64,000 nt of DNA from Crocinitomicaceae bacterium. Lineage in GTDB: Bacteria > Bacteroidota > Bacteroidia > Flavobacteriales_D > Crocinitomicaceae. Below the pieces are notes generated by a model. That model did not search any database. It was given only the letters and a program-made list of their open reading frames with translations, and was not told the DNA's origin. The stretch spans positions 1-64,000 of the forward strand of contig JBILHL010000002.1 in assembly GCA_044350515.1 (NCBI GenBank), in the 5' to 3' direction. Below are positions 50,703 through 59,550 of the stretch, one piece after another (position 1 is the stretch's first letter; every line of letters starts with the position of its first letter). A program made the translations under genes and the position numbers.

Positions 50703-51185
50703 TTATTTTGCTTGCCATTTTAAGTTCAAATTTCCAGCTTGTTTGAATTGGTAGCTGTTGCTGTTTTTGTCAAAAATTAAAGGGCACTGAAATTCGTTTT
50801 TGAGCACGTTTAAATAGTTAAACAAACTGCGTTCAGAAATTTCAAGCTGCGCTGCAAACTGAGCTGCAGAACCAGTATTACTTTGTTTTACTCCTAAATA
50901 AATGCGTTGCAAGGTTGCCAGTTGTTTATTATTAAAAACAGTATCTGTTTGTACAATCGTTTGGGCTTCTTCGTATTTCCAATTCAACGCACCATTTTCA
51001 GAAAACAGGTAGCTTTGCTTGAAATTATTCCATACAATGGGAGCGTTCAACTCCTCGCGAATAAACTTGGTGTAATTGTAAATCATTCGCTCCGAAACAC
51101 CTAATATCTTTGCAACATCAGCAGGTTTTCCCGTTTGTTTGCGCTCTACTAAATGAATAAATTTTCTCAATTTCTCTAAATGCAT
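50703..51185 (-). CDS. tandem winged-HTH DNA-binding protein (two HTH_11/DeoR-N-like repeats)
   Basis: Repeat 1 PADVAKILGVSERMIYNYTKFIREEL; repeat 2 AAQFAAQLEISERSLFNYLNVLKNEF. Confidence 0.5.
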   Translation of the reverse strand: MHLEKLRKFIHLVERKQTGKPADVAKILGVSERMIYNYTKFIREELNAPIVWNNFKQSYLFSENGALNWKYEEAQTIVQTDTVFNNKQLATLQRIYLGVKQSNTGSAAQFAAQLEISERSLFNYLNVLKNEFQCPLIFDKNSNSYQFKQAGNLNLKWQAK

Positions 51186-51505
51186 ATACCACTAAGTAGA
51201 ATGAGAAAAGAATTTGTCCCGATTACGCTACACTTTTTGCAAGCAATCGTTTTACAACTGCTTTCAACCAAAAGAAATAGATTCATTTCATTAGTGACAA
51301 TTCTACTTTCTCGCGCATCTGGCTCGCAAGATTCCACCTCAGATAGATTTTTCCATCATCGGTGCAAAGAAAAATCAAGGGAGTGCAATCAGTTTGCAGT
51401 TTGAAATTTTATTCTTTTCTAAATTATTATACTTACTAGTATGTGCCCAAATTTTAGACGTAAGGTGTTAGATGTCAATTTTATACGTTTTTGATAATTT
51501 ATAGA

Positions 51506-51597
51506 AAGTTCCTTAGGATTTCAAGTTTCGCAGGGTAAGTTCCGCAGGATTTGAAATCCTGCGGAACTTACCCTGCGAAACTTACCCTACGGAACTT
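51506..51597. repeat. nested palindromic array (3 direct plus 3 inverted units); 61-bp perfect palindrome 51523-51583 centred on G51553; directly 3' of the lptD stop
   Basis: aagtttcgcagggt aagttccgcaggattt g aaatcctgcggaactt accctgcgaaactt verified base by base; outer arms are imperfect. Confidence 0.8.
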
Positions 51598-51600
51598 TTC

Positions 51601-54138
51601 TTACAAAAACGCTGGCGGCTTACGGATTTCAATCTTCGCATCTTTAAATACGGACGAAGTATTGCGAATGCTAAACAAGAAACTTTTATTTCCTCCAATT
51701 GGCGTCCAGAAGAACGAAAGCGCCCAACAATGCATGTTGCGATTCAATGAGAAATAAAGGTTGGTCACCTCAAATTCTTGTAAATTCAAGTTTAAATTCC
51801 CAGAAATATTCCAACGTTTTGTAAAACTCATATCACCATTCAAAACCAATGTTTGCACTTGATTGTAGATTTTTGGGGAAGTAGTTGTTATATTTTGATT
51901 GGCATTAATGGTGTAAACGTGCGACAATGACATTTTCCAAGGAATATCAAAATAGATGGCGCGCTCAGGATACAACGCAAAATAGTTGAAGTCGCTATTC
52001 CAATTCGTATTCAAACGTTCACCTGTTTCCTGAATTTTTTTCCGGTCTTTTGGTGGTGCAATAGTCAATGCGGTAGTTAAACCCGTTGTTGTGAATCGTC
52101 CAAGTCCTTGATCATTCAATAAGGCATAAGCACCAATAGTTTTTCCATTCGTTTCGTTCCAGCCATAAGGACTAAAAGTAGCATTGGAAACAAAGTTTAA
52201 CCAATCAACTGGACTAATTCTCAAAGCTAGTGTGATGTTGGATAAATTCATAGAATCTTTCATAAAATCGTAATTCCCATTGATGGAAAATTGGTCGATT
52301 AAGCGTGTTTTTTTGAAGTCAGTCACGGTGTCTTTATCTGATTTATATTTTAATTCAAACGTGTTATTGATACCAAAATTCAAAAATGCCGCTTGACTCG
52401 AATTACCAACGTTGTAAATACTGCGCTCAAAAGGTGAATAAGTTACAAGCGATTGATTCACGCCCACATTTTCTGAAATTAAAGGATTCAACAAGGGAAC
52501 ATAACGAAAACCAACACTTGGAGTCATGAGGTGGCGCATTTTTGCTTTTTTCTTACCAATAAATTGATAATATGTATAAAGCATCGTTGTCAAACTCACA
52601 TTCATATTGAATTCGTGACCCATTCCATATTTTTTGATAGTATCAGTTATTGTTTTATTAGTTACAATGTCATACGATTTATCCACTTGCTGAAAGTTAA
52701 TTTTGTTACCATAATTAATGGAAGGATTGATTTTGATGGTGTTACCAATTAAGCCAAATGTTGTTTGTAGTGCCGCAGATTGCGAAATTCCATTTAAGAA
52801 TTGATCGGATATTCGTTGAAAATCACCTTGAGACAAAAGAGTATCGCTAAAATTAGAACGATTTTGACCCTCCAAATTATACGTCAAACCAATGCGAGCT
52901 ATCGTTTTTTTCCATTCTTTGTTCGGTACTTTGAAGAGATTTTTGAATGGGAAAACACGTGTTAAATTGGCATTAAAAATTGGACTAACTAAAGAAATAT
53001 TTTTTGCAAGCGAATTCTGGCGTATTGATAATTTCATTCCCATTGTCAACGGTTTTCCAGGAAATAAACGATTGATATTGATGTCAGAATTAAAGGAATT
53101 ATTAAAAAAATCAGGATTTATTGGGTCGAGGTTGTTTTTGGTGGTATTATCAGAAATGAAATTTACGTTGGAAGAAAAATTCCAATAAGGATTTGACTTT
53201 GGTTCTTTGCGATGCGACCAATTTACAATTATTTTATTTTGACTAGAACTATCAGGGAATCCTGCTCGAAACTGCTGAAAACCAACAGATAGTCTTCCTG
53301 AAAAACCATAACGTTTTGAATAATCTAAATCGTTTCGCAAACCCCAACTTCCTCTGCTGTAAAGATTGGCATAAAGTGAAGTTTGCAAATTATCATTGAT
53401 TGGAATATAGTAACCTAAATTCTGGAATCCAAATCCATACTGAGAAAGCGGGACAAATTCAGGGAACAACAAACCAGAAGTCCGTTCTTTTTGATTCGTT
53501 GGTAATAGTGCAAAAGGCAAACCAAATGGTGTTGGAATTCCTTTTACCCATAAATTCATTGGTCCTGTAACAACGCGTTCATTCGGCACAACCACGCCTT
53601 TCGACAATTGGAAATGATAATGTGGTTCCTCCAAATCGCAGGTCGTTAAACGTCCTTGTCGCAAATGAATTTCGTCGTTCGGATGTCGTTTGGCAATTCC
53701 CATGTGGAAATAAAACTCATCTTGCTTAATGGAAAGTTCTTCCAAAAATCCTTTTTTGGTCTCGGTGTTATAGCGCAATTTATGTGCGGTCACCACCTCT
53801 GAACCATCTGTAAATGTTGGAAATTCGACCTTGTTGCTATCTTTATCATACGCATAACTTGCTGAAATTTCATTGGTATTCATATCCACCAAAATATATC
53901 CTGCAGTCATGTTTACTTCGTCCATTTGGATTTTTGCGTCTCCATAAAGATGCACTTGTTTCTTTTTCAAATCGTTGTAAATAGAATCTCGAGCACTGTA
54001 GCGAATGATGCTTTCCAACGAATTATCGTTCATCACAAGCGTATCTTTCGGTACAACTTGCGCTGTAACAAAACCTTGAATGTACATTATTAACAATGTA
54101 ACGAAGAAAAGTTGTTGTATGTTGATATTCTTGGTCAA
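51601..54138 (-). CDS. lptD: LPS-assembly protein LptD/OstA-like outer-membrane protein
   Basis: 845 aa; signal peptide; OstA-like N-domain (VHLYGDAKIQMDEVNMTAGYILVD) and a large beta-barrel. Confidence 0.65.
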   Translation of the reverse strand: MTKNINIQQLFFVTLLIMYIQGFVTAQVVPKDTLVMNDNSLESIIRYSARDSIYNDLKKKQVHLYGDAKIQMDEVNMTAGYILVDMNTNEISASYAYDKDSNKVEFPTFTDGSEVVTAHKLRYNTETKKGFLEELSIKQDEFYFHMGIAKRHPNDEIHLRQGRLTTCDLEEPHYHFQLSKGVVVPNERVVTGPMNLWVKGIPTPFGLPFALLPTNQKERTSGLLFPEFVPLSQYGFGFQNLGYYIPINDNLQTSLYANLYSRGSWGLRNDLDYSKRYGFSGRLSVGFQQFRAGFPDSSSQNKIIVNWSHRKEPKSNPYWNFSSNVNFISDNTTKNNLDPINPDFFNNSFNSDININRLFPGKPLTMGMKLSIRQNSLAKNISLVSPIFNANLTRVFPFKNLFKVPNKEWKKTIARIGLTYNLEGQNRSNFSDTLLSQGDFQRISDQFLNGISQSAALQTTFGLIGNTIKINPSINYGNKINFQQVDKSYDIVTNKTITDTIKKYGMGHEFNMNVSLTTMLYTYYQFIGKKKAKMRHLMTPSVGFRYVPLLNPLISENVGVNQSLVTYSPFERSIYNVGNSSQAAFLNFGINNTFELKYKSDKDTVTDFKKTRLIDQFSINGNYDFMKDSMNLSNITLALRISPVDWLNFVSNATFSPYGWNETNGKTIGAYALLNDQGLGRFTTTGLTTALTIAPPKDRKKIQETGERLNTNWNSDFNYFALYPERAIYFDIPWKMSLSHVYTINANQNITTTSPKIYNQVQTLVLNGDMSFTKRWNISGNLNLNLQEFEVTNLYFSLNRNMHCWALSFFWTPIGGNKSFLFSIRNTSSVFKDAKIEIRKPPAFL

Positions 54139-54160
54139 GCTATGGTACTAATTTTGTAAC

Positions 54161-55375
54161 ATGGAGGAAATTGGTGCAAAACTACCAAAATTCAGTGTGC
54201 GAATGAAAAACGAAAAACAAGTGAAATTATTTGCTCAGCTCTTATTGGTATTTTTTTGTGTCTTTACATCAACTGGATTTTCTCAAAGTGGTAAAGCAGA
54301 AAAGCAATTAATCAAAACTGTTGTTATTGATGCTGGTCATGGAGGAAAAGACCCTGGCTGTCATGGTAATTTTGCGCATGAAAAAGTGGTTTGTCTAGAA
54401 ATGGCTTTAAAATTAGGGACATTAATAAAAACTAAATATCCCGAAGTTAAAGTTGTTTACACACGTGACAAAGATGTTTTTGTAGAGTTGATTGAGCGAG
54501 CAAACATCGCTAATCGTAATAAAGCAGATTTATTTATTTGTATTCACGCCAACGCTGGAAGTTCCGCCGCTTTTGGAACAGAGACGTATGTTTTAGGTTT
54601 ACACAGAACTGAAGCACAGCAAAAAGTAATGGAACGCGAAAACTCAATTATCGCTTTAGAAGACGATAAAGGTGCAAAGTACAAGGATTTTGATATGTCG
54701 CCAGACGCCATTATTGCCAAGCAATTACAAGGTGCAGTTTACTTGAATCATTCAATTATTTTTGCTGAAAATTTACAGCGTGAGTTTAAAAAAATTGGTC
54801 GCTATGACCGTGGTGTGAAACAAGCAGGTTTTTTAGTTTTATACAAAACAACAATGCCAAGTGTATTAATTGAGACCGGCTTTTTAACCAATCCAACGGA
54901 AGAAAAATTTTTAGGGGTGAAAGATGGACAAGATCAAATGGCCAATTCCATGTTTAAAGCTTTTGAGAATTATAAAAATCAGATGGAAGGTAAAACCGTG
55001 GTTAAAGAAACTTCCACTAACTCAACGCCCGAAAGGAATCCTCCCGTAACAAATACGAACACTCCAACTGTAAATCAAGTAAATCAAGCAGTGACAAAAG
55101 ACAGCACAGGATTAATTTTTCGCGTTCAAATACATACTTCAGAAAAGCGTACTTCTTTAACTTCTTCTCGCTTTAAAGGAATGGAAACATTTGAATATCA
55201 ACAAGATAATCTTTACAAATATTGTGCTGGGTTCTTTCAAAATGACCTTCAAGCAGCCAAAAACCACAAGAATGAGTTAATTGAAAATGGCTTTCAAAAT
55301 GCTTTTGTTGTAGCTTTCTTTAATGGCGAACGAATTAGTATTGAAAAAGCTATTAAATTAGCAGAAAAAAAATAG
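54161..55375 (+). CDS. amiC: N-acetylmuramoyl-L-alanine amidase (Amidase_3) with C-terminal SPOR-like domain
   Basis: VVIDAGHGGKDPG...LFICIHANAG amidase_3 signatures; start may be the internal MKNEKQ. Confidence 0.8.
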   Translation: MEEIGAKLPKFSVRMKNEKQVKLFAQLLLVFFCVFTSTGFSQSGKAEKQLIKTVVIDAGHGGKDPGCHGNFAHEKVVCLEMALKLGTLIKTKYPEVKVVYTRDKDVFVELIERANIANRNKADLFICIHANAGSSAAFGTETYVLGLHRTEAQQKVMERENSIIALEDDKGAKYKDFDMSPDAIIAKQLQGAVYLNHSIIFAENLQREFKKIGRYDRGVKQAGFLVLYKTTMPSVLIETGFLTNPTEEKFLGVKDGQDQMANSMFKAFENYKNQMEGKTVVKETSTNSTPERNPPVTNTNTPTVNQVNQAVTKDSTGLIFRVQIHTSEKRTSLTSSRFKGMETFEYQQDNLYKYCAGFFQNDLQAAKNHKNELIENGFQNAFVVAFFNGERISIEKAIKLAEKK

Positions 55376-55376
55376 C

Positions 55377-56414
55377 TTGAAATTCGCAAAAGAAATAAAA
55401 GTAGGAGTGATTGCTGTTATTGCAATCGTAATCCTGGTAGCTGGAGTCAATTTTCTAAAAGGGAATAGTTTTTTTGGCGGCGATGAAAAATACATTGCTT
55501 ACTTCCCTAACTCTGGAAATATAATGGTTTCGAGTAATGTTACCCTAAACGGTGTTGTTGTTGGAAAGGTAATGTCCATCGAAAATATTCCTACCAATCC
55601 ACCTAATAGAAGGGTGAAAATTGTTTTCAGTATCCAAGACAAAAATATCAAATTACCAAAAGGTACTGTTATTGAAATTGGATCGTTAGACGTTTTGACT
55701 AAGGCGATAATTATTCAAATACCCCTGAATTTCAACAAAGGCTATTACAAGGCTGGAGCTGTTCTTCCTGGCAAATTGTCAATTGATATGATGTCGCAAG
55801 TGAAGCAATACGCAGACCCGATTTCACAGCGCTTGCAAGCTATGATGAGTTCAATTGACAAAATGGTTGTCTCACTTGGTGCTTTTTGGGATACAACAGC
55901 AACCTCCGAAATTGAAGGAAGTTTACGCCAAGTAAAAATCACAATTGAAAAATTAGGGAACGTTGCTGAAGAAATCGAATCTTTCGTTGGAGAAGAAAAG
56001 ATTCAGTTTGCGAAAATCATGACTAATGTTGAAAACATAACAGGAAATTTGAAGAAAAGTAACGATCAAGTAACAGCAATTATAGGTAACACTAAGAAAA
56101 TCTCCGACGATTTAGTAACTGCTGATTTTAAAAGTGTGGTCTTAGACGCTCAAACAACCATTAAGAAATTGAACTTAGTTTTAGCTGATGTAGAAAACGG
56201 AACAGGCACAATGGGTAAATTATTGAAAGATGAAAAGCTTTATACCGAATTAGTTGAAACGAACAATGAGCTACAAAATCTTGTTAATGATTTGCAATTG
56301 CATCCTGAAAGATATATCCATTTTTCAGTATTTGGTGCAAAAACTAAAGGTGTACCGTTGACATCTCAAGAAGAAAAGAAGTTTAGAAAATTATTGGATA
56401 CCATCCCAGATTAA
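55377..56414 (+). CDS. mlaD: MlaD/MCE family protein
   Basis: N-terminal TM plus MCE domain (VTLNGVVVGKV), long helical C-terminus. Confidence 0.7.
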   Translation: MKFAKEIKVGVIAVIAIVILVAGVNFLKGNSFFGGDEKYIAYFPNSGNIMVSSNVTLNGVVVGKVMSIENIPTNPPNRRVKIVFSIQDKNIKLPKGTVIEIGSLDVLTKAIIIQIPLNFNKGYYKAGAVLPGKLSIDMMSQVKQYADPISQRLQAMMSSIDKMVVSLGAFWDTTATSEIEGSLRQVKITIEKLGNVAEEIESFVGEEKIQFAKIMTNVENITGNLKKSNDQVTAIIGNTKKISDDLVTADFKSVVLDAQTTIKKLNLVLADVENGTGTMGKLLKDEKLYTELVETNNELQNLVNDLQLHPERYIHFSVFGAKTKGVPLTSQEEKKFRKLLDTIPD

Positions 56415-56423
56415 GATAAAAAT

Positions 56424-57764
56424 ATGATTCAAATTATCGTTTTCGCACTTATTTCCATCGTCGGGTTTGGCGTTTTTGGATACAATATTTGGAAAGTTCG
56501 CAGCAATATTCTACTCGGAAGAGACATTGACAGAAAAGGAAATTCAAGTGAACGATGGAAAACGATGTTTTTGGTGGCATTTGGTCAACAAAAAATGTTC
56601 AGTAGACCTATTCCAGCTTTGTTGCATTTAGCGATTTATGTTGCTTTTGTAATTACACAAATAGAGTTAATCGAAATAATCGCCGATGGACTTACTGGAA
56701 ATCACCGTCTATTCTTTACTTCTTTAGGTGGTTTTTATACGTTCATGATTAGCTTTATTGAAGTACTTTCTTTTTTGGCATTAATTGCAACATTCGCTTT
56801 TTTAGCAAGAAGAAATTTGTTAAAGTTACCAAGATTTACAATGAAAGAACTTGTAGGTTGGCCAACAAAAGATGCGAACTTGATTCTTATAATGGAAATC
56901 GTTTTGGTTTCTTGTATTTTCACAATGAACACTTCAGATGAGATTTTATACCGTATCGGTGGTTCACATGCAATTCATGAAAGTGGGTCATTTGGGTTTT
57001 TACTTTCTTCTTTCTTTGCCGATTTATTGATGCCTTTATTCAAAGATGGTTATCCAACTTCTGAGTTAGAATTGATAGAGCGAATTGGATGGTGGGGACA
57101 TATCGCTATGGTTTTTGCATTTTTAAACTACCTTCCTTATTCCAAACATTTCCATATTGTATTGGCGTTTCCAAATACTTATTTCTCCAACTTGGAAAAT
57201 AAAGGGAAATTCACCAACATGGAAGCTGTTACCAATGAAGTGAAATTGATGTTGGACCCAAGTGCAGATCCATTTGCAGCACCAGCTGACCCGAATGCTA
57301 CACCTCAACGGTTTGGAGCAAAAGATGTGCAAGATTTAACTTGGAAAAATTTGTTGGACGCATACACTTGTACAGAATGTGGTCGTTGTACTTCGTCATG
57401 TCCAGCGAACCAAACAGGTAAATTATTGTCGCCTCGTAAAATCATGATGGACACCCGTGACCGTTTGATGGAAGTGGGCGATAATTTGCGTCAGCAAGGA
57501 AAAGATTACGACGATGGTAAAAGCTTATTCTCGTATATTACAGAAGAAGAAGTTTGGGCATGTACTAGTTGCAACGCTTGTGTTCAAGAATGTCCTGTAA
57601 ACATAGATCCACTTTCGATAATTATAGATTTGCGTCGCTATTTAGTGATGGAAGAATCAAAAATGCCATCAGAATTGACGGGAATGCTTACAAATATTGA
57701 AAATAATGGTGCACCTTGGCAGTTTTCACCAAGTGACCGATTAAATTGGGCTAAAGAAGATTAA
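56424..57764 (+). CDS. membrane-anchored (Fe-S)-binding oxidoreductase subunit (two 4Fe-4S motifs)
   Basis: N-terminal TM helices, then CTECGRCTSSCP and CTSCNACVQECP. Confidence 0.7.
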   Translation: MIQIIVFALISIVGFGVFGYNIWKVRSNILLGRDIDRKGNSSERWKTMFLVAFGQQKMFSRPIPALLHLAIYVAFVITQIELIEIIADGLTGNHRLFFTSLGGFYTFMISFIEVLSFLALIATFAFLARRNLLKLPRFTMKELVGWPTKDANLILIMEIVLVSCIFTMNTSDEILYRIGGSHAIHESGSFGFLLSSFFADLLMPLFKDGYPTSELELIERIGWWGHIAMVFAFLNYLPYSKHFHIVLAFPNTYFSNLENKGKFTNMEAVTNEVKLMLDPSADPFAAPADPNATPQRFGAKDVQDLTWKNLLDAYTCTECGRCTSSCPANQTGKLLSPRKIMMDTRDRLMEVGDNLRQQGKDYDDGKSLFSYITEEEVWACTSCNACVQECPVNIDPLSIIIDLRRYLVMEESKMPSELTGMLTNIENNGAPWQFSPSDRLNWAKED

Positions 57765-57767
57765 GCT

Positions 57768-58556
57768 ATGAGTTTGAATGTACCTACAATGGCAGAAATG
57801 CTAGCTAAAGGCGAAACGGCAGATGTATTATTCTGGGTGGGATGCGCTGGAAGTTTTGATGATAGAGCAAAGAAAATTACAAAAGCATTGGTGAAGATTT
57901 TAAACCATTGCAACGTGAAATTTGCAGTCCTTGGAACAGAAGAAAGCTGTACAGGCGATCCTGCAAAACGCGCTGGAAATGAATTCACGTTCCAAATGCA
58001 AGCAATGATGAATATTCAAGTTTTGAATGGATACGAAGTCAAAAAAATCGTGACGGCTTGTCCGCATTGCTTCAACACCTTGAAAAATGAATATCCTGAA
58101 TTGGGTGGTACTTATGAAGTGGTTCACCACACACAATTGATTCAAGATTTGATCAATACAGGGAAATTAGCTTTAGAAGGAAGTCAAACGTATAAAGGTA
58201 AAAAAATCACTTTCCACGATCCTTGCTATTTAGGTCGAGCAAATGATGTTTACGAAGCACCAAGAAGTTTAATTGAAAAATTAGATGCGGAATTGGTGGA
58301 AATGAAACGTTGCAAAACAAATGGACTTTGTTGTGGTGCTGGCGGTGCACAAATGTTTAAAGAAGCGGAAAAAGGAAATAAAGAAATCAATGTTGAAAGA
58401 ACGGAAGATGCTTTGGAAACACAAGCAGGAATCATTGCAACAGGTTGTCCTTTTTGTAATACAATGATGACAGATGGAGTTAAAAACTTCAATAAAGAAG
58501 ATGAAATTAAAGTATTAGACGTTGCTGAATTAATTGCAAATGCTGCCGAACTTTAG
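57768..58556 (+). CDS. CCG-domain (Fe-S)-binding protein, HdrD/GlpC/LutA C-terminal-like partner
   Basis: Two Cys-rich CCG motifs (CPHCFNTL; GLCCGAGG...GCPFCNTM). Confidence 0.7.
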   Translation: MSLNVPTMAEMLAKGETADVLFWVGCAGSFDDRAKKITKALVKILNHCNVKFAVLGTEESCTGDPAKRAGNEFTFQMQAMMNIQVLNGYEVKKIVTACPHCFNTLKNEYPELGGTYEVVHHTQLIQDLINTGKLALEGSQTYKGKKITFHDPCYLGRANDVYEAPRSLIEKLDAELVEMKRCKTNGLCCGAGGAQMFKEAEKGNKEINVERTEDALETQAGIIATGCPFCNTMMTDGVKNFNKEDEIKVLDVAELIANAAEL

Positions 58557-58971
58557 TCAACTTTTCCCGAATTTACCTGCTCATAGTCGCGTTTGGTTAT
58601 ATCTTGCCGATAGAAAACTCGATGGAACAGAATTGCAGTACGTCAATGAACAAATGCAACATTTCTTGTCAAATTGGGCAGCACACAACAAAAAACTTAC
58701 TTGCGACGGAGTTTTGCTTTTTAATCAATATCTAATCCTGGCAGTGAATGAAGATATTGAATCAGCTTCTGGTTGTTCGATTGACAGTTCAGTTCGTTTT
58801 GTAAAAAGTCTAGGGGCAGAATTGAATATCGATTTTTTCAATCGCTTAAATGTGCTTGTAATCGAAAATCAAGAACCAGTCATTCGCTCTTATTTTGAAG
58901 CTGTTGAGAATAAGCTACACTTCATCAATCCAATGATTACAAAGTTGGAAGAATTAAGAGAAATCAATTGA
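58534..58971 (+). CDS. hypothetical protein
   Basis: ORF only; overlaps the upstream gene end, so the true start is probably an internal Met. Confidence 0.3.
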   Translation: MQMLPNFSQLFPNLPAHSRVWLYLADRKLDGTELQYVNEQMQHFLSNWAAHNKKLTCDGVLLFNQYLILAVNEDIESASGCSIDSSVRFVKSLGAELNIDFFNRLNVLVIENQEPVIRSYFEAVENKLHFINPMITKLEELREIN

Positions 58972-59041
58972 ATTTTACCTTTAAAGTGGTATTCCAATAA
59001 CCATTTTTAATTCCGTACTTCGTTCTCGAAATCTCAAAGAA

Positions 59042-59521
59042 ATGAAAACGAATACCCAAACTCATAATTCAACTTTCCATTTAGTTTCCAAAGAAAAAGT
59101 AAATCTGATAGAATTAAAAGAAGCGCATATTTTCTTTCTTGAGAAAATCATTCCAGAAATAGAACTACACTTTTTATTGGTTACGGAACAATGTTCAACA
59201 ATTGATAAAAAGTTGGTTGCATCTTATTCTCTAAAATTCAAGCAGTTTAGTGCTACACTTCACGACCATATTTTATTGGAAGAAAAGTATATTTTCCCTT
59301 ATTTGGAAGGTAAATCGATGCCATCTGAGAAAGAAGCAATCTTAAATTTCTTAGAACACCACGACGATTTTGAAAAACAACTTCAATATTTTATCGAAGA
59401 ATTGGTTGCTAGTTTATCAAAACTAGAAGATTTAATGGCTTATCGGATACTAGCTTTGAAATTGAATCGCTTAAATGAAAAGCTTATAGAACATTCTTTA
59501 TTGGAAGAAAGTTTGTTTTAA
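59042..59521 (+). CDS. hemerythrin-like (HHE cation-binding) domain protein
   Basis: Spaced H/E motifs: HIFFLEKIIPEIELH, LHDHILLEE, LEHHDDFEKQ, IEHSLLEE. Confidence 0.35.
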   Translation: MKTNTQTHNSTFHLVSKEKVNLIELKEAHIFFLEKIIPEIELHFLLVTEQCSTIDKKLVASYSLKFKQFSATLHDHILLEEKYIFPYLEGKSMPSEKEAILNFLEHHDDFEKQLQYFIEELVASLSKLEDLMAYRILALKLNRLNEKLIEHSLLEESLF

Positions 59522-59550
59522 AAAAATGAGAATCGAATTTTCTTTAATTT

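Noticed and set aside
46692-51597. Possibility that the repeated palindromes are a CRISPR array
   Set aside because: The units are arranged as direct-then-inverted nests at four separate intergenic sites. They are not evenly spaced direct repeats with unique spacers, and no cas genes are present.
51180-51757. Small plus-strand ORFs 51180..51404 and 51551..51757
   Set aside because: They lie in the intergenic repeat region and overlap the lptD 3' end; no motif; likely spurious.
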